Source: Octopus sinensis (lineage: Eukaryota). Taken from it: a stretch of 64,000 bases of DNA. The position numbers and the translations under genes were made by a program. Each line of letters opens with the position of its first letter. Positions within the stretch are counted from its first letter, which is position 1. This document shows, piece after piece, positions 54,255 to 64,000 of this stretch. Location of the stretch: assembly GCF_006345805.1 (NCBI RefSeq), contig NC_042999.1, positions 158,596,001 through 158,660,000 of the forward strand, in the 5' to 3' direction. A model generated the notes under the pieces. The model ran no database searches. It was given only the letters and a program-made list of their open reading frames with translations, and was not told the origin of the DNA.

Positions 54255-54560
54255 CACACCTCCAAAGGAAAAATCCAGATTTTATCATATAGTGAGAGAA
54301 AAAGATAGTATTACATCTGGTCAAGTTAACGATTCCTCATGAAGATAACATAGACGTCACTCGGACTCGAAAGATCGATTGTTATAAACATCTTGTGGAA
54401 TGTGAAAACGCAGACTGGAAAACAAGGCGTTATCTAACCGAAGTTGGATATAGAGGGTTCATTGGTAACAGTGTGAGGCGATGGTTGTTGACCCTAGGGC
54501 CTGACTAATAGTAAAGAAAATGTCATGAGTAATATCCAGTGGAGAAACTAAGCCGCTAGA
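54255..54560 (+). mobile_element. HERO/NeSL-like RLE LINE endonuclease fragment
   Basis: NPDFII...LTIPHEDNIDVTRTRKIDCYKHLVECENADWKTRRYLTEVGYRGFIGNSVRRWLLTLG. Confidence 0.72.
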
Positions 54561-55329
54561 TTTTGTTAAAAAGAGCCGATTAGAATTTGCCAGGAAATAT
54601 TGTACGAAGTCTAGGAAACAGTTCATCTAGCAAGAAGGTGGTGGTGGGGAAGTGTGTAGTAATGCCGTCGAAAGGAAGACTCTGGGACGACGCATATTTT
54701 CTCCCGTTGACGGCGTAAGTCTTTTAGTGGACGATATGAAGAATTTCAAGTGGTAATAGTTGTATCTGCAAGTTGTGTGTTTGTTTGCTTGTTTGTTTGT
54801 TTGTTTGTTTGTTTGCTTGTATGTGTGTGTGTGTGTGTGTGTGTGTGCATATGTTCTTTACGCATTCGAAAACTGAATTACCGATTTTGACGTATAGGGT
54901 GTCAAATGATTCAGTAATCTTTCGGCTTTCAAATAACTTCATTTTCATTTACATATTTCCTTCGTTAGGTTAGGAACCAGCGATAGTTACTTGAAATACA
55001 CTGCTATACAACAACCAAGTTTTAATAGGAAGTGAAAATATTTTCACATTTTCAATTTGAACCAAAATTACCAAGTGTTCCATTACGAAAGTGACGATGT
55101 GTGAATAATGAAAGTAATGTTTCTCCAAATTAGTCACACTTGTACTATAAAAAAAGAAAGCTGCTTATCATATATTTACCAAATAACTCCTTTTTACTAC
55201 TAAAATAACTTCGGAAACGAGGTCGGGTTGCACAATTTTGAGGTCATTTTCGGGCAATATTTCGATTTGTTTCTTATGTTTCACTTTCGTCCTATGTGAC
55301 AAACTAATTTGTAATATAAGCAATGATTC

Positions 55330-56345
55330 AGGTTCAATAGAAGTGTTGTGCCAATGCCACATTATCAATTGGGATGAATGCACCATGTCACATAGAGGTG
55401 GAATGGAAGCTCTTGGCAAGAATTTTCAAGACATCAAGAGCAACAATAAATTTGTGGGAGGAGTTACATTACTTTTATCAGGAGATTACAGGCAGACATT
55501 ACCAGTCATTCTGTGACGAACAAGATCACACCTATAAAATAAAGTACTGAAATTTTCCTTTAATACTAACGTACAAGCTTAATTACATGGGCACCAATGT
55601 GCACAACAGTTTTCAACTTGGCTCCTCCAATTAGGAAATGGGAAAGTACCATTTGATGGGAATGGGGATATTAGTTTGGGTCATATTGATATCATGGTGA
55701 ATTCCCCAACTGAATTGAAGGACAGGGTATTGCCAGACTTAAGTAATAATTATAATTCACATAAATGGTTGTGTGAAAGGGCAATTCTTACTCCAAAAAA
55801 TGAGACAGTTGCAAGAATTAACCATGAATTCATGAATAAGATTCCAACAGTCATTAAGAAGTGCAAATCAGTTGATTCAGTCCTTGATGAAAATGAAGCT
55901 GTACATTACACAACAGAGTTCTTTAATTCTTTTGAGCCACCTGGAATCCCTCCACATAAACTTTTTCTGAAGGTAGGAGTCCCAATAATGCTTCTAAGAA
56001 ATTTAGATCCTCCTAAATTATGCAATAGAAGTAGGCTGAGTGCAAAAGTATTATCACCTAATGTGACTGAAGCTACCATCATCACTGGATGTGTCTTTGG
56101 GGAAGAGATTTTCGTTCCAAGAATTCCGATCAAACCAACAGACATGCCCTTTGAGTTCAAATGATCACAATTCCCAGTGTGACTTAGCTATGCAATATCT
56201 ATTAATAAAGCTCAAGGTCAGTCTTTGAAATCTACTAGCTTGCTTTTCTCAGGAACAACTTTGTTGGTTGCTCCAGGGTAAGGTATTTTGCAAGACTTAT
56301 TTGTCTATGCTCCAAACCAGAAAACAAAGAATGTTGTTTCCTTCA
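55330..56345 (+). pseudogene. Helitron Pif1-like helicase fragment
   Basis: ORFs 55238..55516 and 55676..56164: WDECTM, GGVTLLLSGDYRQTLPV, ERAILTPKN, PPHKLFLKVGVPIMLLRNLDPPKLCN, PRIP; then QFPV...INKAQGQSLK. Confidence 0.95.
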
Positions 56346-56422
56346 ACATATGTGGTTGAATTTTTCTCCTTTCATAAAAGTGGTAAATTTTGTAGTTTCG
56401 TTTATTATTATTATTATTATTA

Positions 56423-56483
<61 letters not shown>

Positions 56484-56499
56484 TATTATTATTATTGAA

Positions 56500-56998
56500 T
56501 AAAATATGGTCCGTTGTCTTCTGCTGGACCAGGGCCATCCCTTGACCCTCATCAGGTCCTCATCTCATGGAGAGTACACGGTGCAAAATGTATGCGGAAC
56601 CTAGCAACACTATTGTCTGAAGTTCTCCCACGTTAACACTGCAAGGGAGTTTGTTGAGCTGCTTATCAAGGCCCTTTTTTATTAGCTCTAACGCTCCAAT
56701 CACCTTTCTAGTGCTGTGCTGCTTTTCATTTCCAAACATCTTTGTCACTTCTATTTCTAGGTCTTTGTCCTTAAATAACTTCTCAACGTCTTTCATGGAA
56801 ACATTTCTCACTGATGGTACTGTGACATCTATCATTCAGCATTTCTTATTCTTCCAATCTTTGATGATTATGTTCGGACTGTTTGCCTTGAATTCTTTAT
56901 CGGTGTTGATTGGCATATCCCAGAGTACTATTACATCATATTTTCCGGTCACAGTTTCAGGTTTATGCTGGTACCATCTTTCTGAAGTTGGTCAAAAT
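56500..56998 (-). mobile_element. RLE (R4/Dong-like) LINE 3' end with TAA tail
   Basis: WYQHKPETV, LWDMPINTDKEFKAN; ORF 56560..56835 IDVTVP...KDLEIEVTKM...VIGALELI...LLGSAYILHRVLS; (ATT)n at 56400-56496. Confidence 0.92.
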
Positions 56999-56999
56999 C

Positions 57000-57864
57000 A
57001 ACTCGGATCGTCTGCTAGTTTCTGTCATTTTTGTGGCGTTTTCACTGATTTAGTTTGTTTCAGATTATTGAGGATTTCCTCGGTTACCAAGTAAGAATTG
57101 CCAAATTTATTTTTGAGAATAGTAAATGCTTGTTGTGATCCCGCATCACCACCGATTAAGAAACAGCCCCTGATGGCATCTCTCGAGGAAACTTGTGTAA
57201 ACTGGAATTAAACTTGTCAGTTTGAAATCATTATCAGTATAAATCGAATCAACGTTGATTTGAAACGATTTAATAAATTGATGGTACATGAGCAGTCGCC
57301 CTTAAAGGTTTCCAACTCTACTTCTGGCATTTGTAAGTTTGCAAGCAATTCTTTGACTTCAACATGGGGTTTTCAACCACACTTTGTAAAGTGTTGGGCT
57401 TCACGTTTTTGAATGCATTTTTTACCGTGTATAAAATATTTACATATTCAGTTTGCACACTGTAGAAATAGGTTTCACTTTCGTCAACTTCATCATCATC
57501 TAGTGTTACATGAAGGCGTTATGAGCCTCAGTGAATCTTTTGAATAGGTGTTTTATTCTTTTTTTTGCTCGTCAAGAGCATCTAAGTTGCCTTCTGCAAT
57601 GCACTGTTTCACGCAATTTATTTCATATGTCAGGGCTCTCTTACACAATGTCCTTTCATTTTTGAGATCCGCTACTATAGAGCTTATATTATTCAGATGA
57701 ATCACTTGAACAGCTTTACTTTTCAACTCCTTTTCAATGACTTGGGAGTCTTATGCAAAGTTTTTTTCTACTGTTGCTGCTTCGTGTAGAAATCTAGGCA
57801 AGCTGGGTCACAATCACCACTGTGATAACAAAGACGAACAATGGTTTTAATTTTTTGGAGCCAT
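57000..57864 (-). mobile_element. BEL/Pao LTR retrotransposon gag relic
   Basis: ATG at 57864; LQMPEVELETFKGD, YHQFIKSFQINVD, AIRGCFLIGGDAGSQQAFTILKNKFG, KLADD (DUF1759-like). Confidence 0.75.
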
Positions 57865-59392
57865 TTATTTCCTACTTGTACTTAACATCGTACAGGTATA
57901 CCGCATGTATATACAAATGTATGACAAGTGTACGGTAGAGTACAAAATAAGAAAAATACTAAATAAGACAAACTTAAATACAAAAATTATTTGAACAGGG
58001 CTTTACTGATATTTGACTTCCTGGTATACAACTTTCTTGTTACAAAGTTTGGTTACAAAATACATACAATATGTTTGAATGACTGAGACACGAGGGCGAA
58101 AAGTACTGAATGAGGAAAAATATTTTGGATGTACTGAAACTCTTTCACCCATGGATATACAAATATCTACACATCATTATATGCCTCAGGTTAATGTAAG
58201 GAAAACAACTAAATATATTTAAATTATCTTACAAAAACTTTGTCGGCTCATCATTCTAGAAGTAGCAGAAAATTGGTCACACTGGTACAAAGGCATGCTC
58301 GCAGTAACATGAAATGACCAAAGAAGAAGAACATTTAGGGATAACAGCGGGCTTTCTGAGATACAGACAGACACAAAAGGGACCCCGTCTCTTTTTCTAA
58401 AAACAAAACAGCCTCAATCCCAGATACAAACCGACAAGTTGTGAAAACTAATACTAATTAGTAATACAGTAGACTTATCGTTGGAGATAACAATATGTGC
58501 TTGTGTTTTTGTCTGTTGTAATATAAACAATATCAGTCTTACATAAAACAGTGCATCCACGTTTCTTGCGTCTAAGTATTCCTGTATAAGAATGTTTATA
58601 AATATGTCAAATCATTTTACTTATATGAATGTGTGGATGTATGTTTGTATATATGCAAGTATGAATGTATGCATGTATTAAGGCACATCTGTATGTATGC
58701 ATGCATGTATGTATGTAAGTATGTATGTATTTATTTATAAACGCATTATATGTCTTTATGTGCCTTCATTTTACTTTTCAATGATTTTCTGCATTGACGA
58801 TTACTGATATCTAAATTATTGATACCTTACAAGAAATCCAATACTAATTGATAGTGCAATCATATGTACCTGATTATCATATGTCTTTCATTTTAATCCT
58901 ACAGAAATATATTAAGAGTGTATTATAGCATAAAATATTCTGTCACTTTCGTGACTTTCTTTCCAGCCGGATGTACTCGCTATCTTTATCTCCACGGGGT
59001 GTACACAAAATCTCTCCCTTACGTATTATCACAAAGAGTTATTGCTATACAGCACGCCTGGTTTGTTTTCTTTCCTACTTTGGAAGTCATATGCTATACT
59101 CTCCTTAACACTCTTGTATATCTAGTATGCACATATTTTCAAATGGGAAAGATGTTAATGTTAAAGAGACGAGTTTATATGTAGGAGCCGGATCAAATAT
59201 TTACATAATTGGAGAGCGAGGTACTTAGATTTCCATGCTGTTCCTAATGACATTAATAGCTTAATGGAAGTATATAAAATTCCCCATGAGACTGAAGCCA
59301 TTTCAACTACAGATTTCACTCATGGCAAAATTTGATTCAAGAAAACAATTAGAGATTTAGGAAAATTTAGATATTTAATGAATCTCTTGAAA

Positions 59393-59423
<31 letters not shown>

Positions 59424-59434
59424 CATACATATAT

Positions 59435-59466
<32 letters not shown>

Positions 59467-59897
59467 CGTATGTATGTATGTATGTACATACATGCATGTA
59501 TGTATGCATGATATATTAAATATATTATAAAACGTTATGCATATTAGGTCTATAGTTGAATATATGTATTATTACAAGTGAATTGATTTGCCTAACTTGA
59601 TTCGCATTTCTATATTCATCTAATGCCTCAAGTTCGAATATTTTGAGCACTTCAAAGCGCAGTCTATACATTAGGGAAAAAATCTTTTTTTCTGAAATAC
59701 AACACATAAAAAACCTAACGGTATATCATTCTTCTAATCCTCTAAAGATATTTTGCTTAATATAATGATCTTAATAATTGCTATTTAATTTTTTAGGCTT
59801 AAGTGAAACAGCTGTAAGAGAGTATGTTTGATTTTTGCAGATAATAAATTTCATTAAATGTTACATCTCCATTTTGTTACTTTCATATATATATATA

Positions 59898-60308
59898 CTC
59901 TCTTACTTGTTTCAGTCATTTGACTGCGGCCATGCTGGAGCACCGCCTTTAGTCGAGCAAATCGACCCCGGGACTTATTCTTTGTAAGCCCAGTACTTAT
60001 TCTTTCGGTCTCTTTTGCCGAACCGCTAAGTTACGGGGACGTAAACACACCAGCATCGGTTGTCAAGCAATGCTAGGGGGACAAACACAGACACACAAAC
60101 TCACACACATACATATATATGTATATATATATATATACATATATACGACAGGCTTCTTTCAGTTTCCGTCTACCAAATCCACTCACAAGGCATTGGTCGG
60201 CTCGGGGCTATAGCAGAAGACACTTGCCCAAGATGCCACGCAGTGGGACTGAACCCGGAACCATGTGGTTGGTTAGCAAGCTACTTACCACACAGCCACT
60301 CCTGCGCC
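59898..60308 (-). mobile_element. SINE family 1, full length, young
   Basis: Near-identical to 4135-4555 and 13539-13938. Confidence 0.93.
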
Positions 60309-60339
<31 letters not shown>

Positions 60340-60432
60340 GAAATATGTTACGAAAAGAAAATATAAAATACATACATACATATATATATATATATTTATA
60401 TTTATATATATATTTATATCTATATATATATA

Positions 60433-61688
60433 TTGGGTTGTCCGGAATGTTCGTGCCTATTTTTGAAGAAAAGAGAAAGGTCAATAAGTATTTGCCATTA
60501 CATTTTAATCAACCAAATATAAACCATTTTGTTGCACAATGCATCTCCATCCTACCCTTAACTTGAAAATACCTTCTTCCCAGAATTGAGATGGTTTCAT
60601 GGCAAATAATTCATCAAGATATCTTTTTACGTCATCCAAGGAAATGAAAGTTTTACCATTAAGACTATAGTGCAGAGACCTGAATAAGTGGAAATCCAAA
60701 GGAGCAATACCCGGTGAATATGAAGGGTGTAGTACCACATCCCAGCCGAGCTGCAGCAATTTTTGTCTGGTTCCCAAAGAAACCTGCGGTCTTGCATTAT
60801 CATATTGGAAAACAACAACCTTCCTGTTGGCCAATTCTAGACATTTCTCTTGAATTACTGCTTTTAACTCATCCAGTTGTGTGCAGTATTTTTCAGAATT
60901 AATTGTCTGGTTACTTGGGAGAAGCTCATCGCACAGAATTCCTTTGCAATCCCACCAGACACAAAGCAACACGTTTTTTAGGGTAAAGACCCGCTTTTGG
61001 GATGGCTAAGGGTGGCTCATGTCGCTTAGTCCAGGATCGCTTTCTCTGAAAATTTCGGTAGATAATCCATTTCTCATCACCTGTCACAATTTATTAAAAA
61101 AGACACGTTTTCATTCCATTTATAAAGCGAATCACAGATGGAAATGCGATCCAAAAGTTTCTTCTCAATCAAATCATGTGGTACCCAAACATCGTAGCGA
61201 TTTGTGTACCCAAGCTTTACCAGGTGCTCATGAACGACGGATTTTGATAGGTTGAGGCTTTCTGCCAATTCTCGGGTTGTGCAATGCGGGTTATTCTCAA
61301 TTAATGACTTGATTTGGTCATCATCTCTAGTGGATGATCCGCCTGATCGCTCTTTATCAATAAGGCTACAATCTCCAGTTCGGAACCTTGAGAATCACTT
61401 CCGTACAGTTCTTTTGGATAAAGAAACATCACCGTAAACTGAGCATATTTCTTTGGTTGCTTGTGAGGCATTTTTCCCTTTACGGAAAAAGTAAAGTATC
61501 AAGTGCTGAAATTGAACTTTCTTATCTTCCGTTTTAAAGGGTTCCAGAATTAACATAGGTTATAGGAACATAAACCTTCTTCTACGAACAGATAGTTTAA
61601 ACTGTGCTCTAAATGGAGGTGTAGTCATATCCTATTTTATGGACTCAACCATGTTCTAAATTAAATCGGCACGAACTTTCCGGACAAC

Positions 61689-61692
<4 letters not shown>
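60433..61692 (-). mobile_element. Full-length (1260 bp) inactivated mariner, Mos1-like DD34D
   Basis: TA|ttgggttgtccggaatgttcgtgcc ... ggcacgaactttccggacaacccaa|TA; WVPHDL, TGDEKW, LCVWWD, YDNARP, YSPGIAPLDFHLF; start codon reads ACG (61530-61532); frameshifts. Confidence 0.97.
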
Positions 61693-61764
<72 letters not shown>

Positions 61765-61802
61765 GAGAGAGAGAGAGATAGTTAAATAGATAGATATATT
61801 TA

Positions 61803-62569
61803 GGGTGCGATGTGTTAATTGGTGCTATTTTATAATTTTTAATCTCAAGCATACGCATTGTTTCTTTTAGAATTTTTCAACTACACAGTATAGTAGGGTC
61901 AGTTGGGCACCGTCTGTGAGACAAGCAGCATCATGACGCAGTTCACTCTGACAGAAATTTAGAAACGACATGCAGTACTATTTGGCATTCGCGTCGGAAA
62001 CTCCAATAAGAATATTTCAGAATGTTTCGGTGTCAATCTGAGTACAGTGCAGAGGAGTCGAAAGAGTTGGACGAGTCTAATGATGATTACGAAGGTACGG
62101 CAGTTCGGAAAACTCACACTGGTCGTTCTGATAAGAAAAGAACTCCTGAATTTGTTGGTGAGATCCAGACCATGATTGACAATGATCCCGCCAAGTCAAT
62201 CAGGTCTAGGCCAGGGACAAGGGAGTTTCTTATTAGGCAGGTAGTACAGGAAGACATTCGGTATTCTTCTTACGAGATGTGAAAGGGCCAAGTGTTACCA
62301 AAAGCCATCAAGGACAAGAGGACAGACCGCGCTCTGAAGCTTTTGAACAAACTCAATCATCCCCTTGAGTTTGTTCAGGCTTTGGGTTTTCTCACACAGG
62401 AAAAATTCTGCCAGGGTCAGATGGTGAACACACAGAACAAGCGTTGGCCTGCCATATCCCAAAACATGTACTGAGCGTGATAAAAACGAAACATCCAGTC
62501 AACATCATGGTGTTTGGTGTGATCACTAGTGATGGCGACGTTATTATGCCTCCATTCATCTTCCCACGT

Positions 62570-62570
<1 letters not shown>
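61803..62570 (+). mobile_element. Tc1/mariner-superfamily (maT/DD37D-like) transposase, 3'-truncated
   Basis: SDKKRTPEFVGEIQTMIDNDPAKSIR, KLLNKLNHP, QEKFCQGQMVNTQNKRW, KTKHPVNIMVFGVITSDGDV.MPPFIFP. Confidence 0.85.
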
Positions 62571-62614
<44 letters not shown>

Positions 62615-62620
<6 letters not shown>

Positions 62621-62790
62621 ATCCAAACATGAAAGCACAAAAAAACACAACAACGCGGGGATGTGGAACAATTATAGTATTATTGGAGGGTTTAACGTTT
62701 CGAGCGGAGCTCTTCGTCGGAAACATAGGAGAAGGAAAGATCCAGAGAAGTGAAGACAGAGGAAAAAATCGCCAACGGTACACACGCGGT
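62615..62790 (-). mobile_element. Penelope-type terminal repeat with a minimal hammerhead-like motif
   Basis: Minus strand gttt-CCGACGA-a-gagc-tcc-gctc-GAAAC-GTT-aaac at 62690-62724; (TA)n on both sides. Confidence 0.6.
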
Positions 62791-63258
62791 CACATTTTAT
62801 ATATATATATATAACACTACTTAAGGATTTAGCAACAAGCTGCTTAACCAGAATACCGAAAAAGTTAGAAATAGCAGCCAAAAGACCGTTATTTCTTTTC
62901 GCTACAAAATATGACTTCATAGATAACCCTCTCTGTAACTCACACACGCAAAAAAGAAGGAAAATATTTAAATCAAACAGTCTTCGGTTAATTATAGACG
63001 CGTTTCTGGATTAGAATTATAAAACTCATTTCCTTATCAACATAATATTCCGATAGTTATAAATTAGAAAATGCTAGAAAACTTACCCTTTGCATTTCTG
63101 ATCAAGCGACATCAGAACATCACACAAGGCAGTTAGCATATCCGAATTTATATAGACCAGTGAAATTCATATTTCCCCCAATATTTTACCACGTGCGTCA
63201 CGAGACAGTACTGCAGAAAATAGATCCGCAGCTTTTTTTTTTTATCAGGGAGTAAAAT

Positions 63259-63466
63259 AATCATTATATATATATAGGGTAAAAAAAATTAATTTTTCGG
63301 TATGTGGTTAAGCAACTTGTTGCTAAACCCTTAATTATTGCTATAATTATATATAAAACTTCTTGTATAAAGTTTTTACCGAATATGGTTCCTTTCTATA
63401 CCAAAACTACTTGGTGAAATTTATTAATTATAGATTACTAATTTTTTTTACCCTATATCTATAATG

Positions 63467-63469
<3 letters not shown>
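63259..63469. mobile_element. Small fold-back/MITE-like element with ~33-bp TIRs
   Basis: aatcattatatatatatagggtaaaaaaaatta vs taatttttttaccctatatctataatgatt. Confidence 0.7.
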
Positions 63470-63519
<50 letters not shown>

Positions 63520-64000
63520 AATATGTTGGGTTTAGTTCACTTGAGATCCAAATAAATAGGTACGCTAGGTAAGGGCTATAGTTGGACGACCGTTACGTTC
63601 CAAGATTACAGCTAAGGCTGGATCTAGGGAGCCCTGTTAGGATTCAGTTATAACAGGCTCTGCTTGGTTTTGATTTTCCTCTAATATAATATGTGTGTCT
63701 GAATGTGTGTGTGTGTGGAGGGTATGTGTGTGTGTACATGTTGTGCACGAATGTTTGTGGCTAACGAAATTAAAGTTACCTGCGACATTAGCACTTTGAT
63801 CTGAATTTACTAAGATATTCTCACGCTTGTGAAATAATTCATTATTCGTTATGAATATAGAAGATATTCGAAAAGATATGCTTAATCATCAAGTTTAATG
63901 TACACGATGTTACTCCTAAAACTAACAATACTTTGATATTCAATGGCGTGTAACATTGAAGCCAGGTGGGCTTCATGCAGATGCATGGTTTTCCGCTCTT

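Noticed and set aside
56505-56565. CTGATGA followed by a hairpin in a LINE 3' UTR (hammerhead or C/D box?)
   Set aside because: No GAAA after the stem and no D box; probably just a structured 3' UTR

Overview
AT-rich animal genomic DNA that is saturated with repeats. The SINE families, (TA)n/(TG)n/(GATA)n/(ATT)n microsatellite load and TE spectrum point to a coleoid cephalopod, most likely Octopus (inference, not a database result). I find no intact host protein-coding gene, rRNA, tRNA gene or CRISPR array. Nearly all long ORFs in the track are microsatellite read-throughs or transposon relics. Relics recognised by eye: at least 8 fragments of RLE (R4/Dong-like) LINEs, a HERO-like RLE fragment, RTE, Tx1/L1, two Penelope GIY-YIG fragments, BEL/Pao gag, four mariners (one full length), two Tc1-like elements, autonomous and non-autonomous Helitrons, a possible MULE, three MITE-like inverted repeats and four tRNA-derived SINE types. 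The most interesting structure is a TAA-microsatellite ecosystem. A 4.9-kb (ATT)n array (24870-29790) is built from two recurring variant-triplet 'words' and hosts an RLE LINE tail plus two copies of a discrete ~550-bp non-coding, non-tRNA element; a third copy lies at 1471-2017, also in TAA repeats. Minimal hammerhead-like motifs occur in Penelope-type terminal repeats. Many boundaries are approximate (about +/-20-50 bp) except where TIRs or TSDs are quoted.
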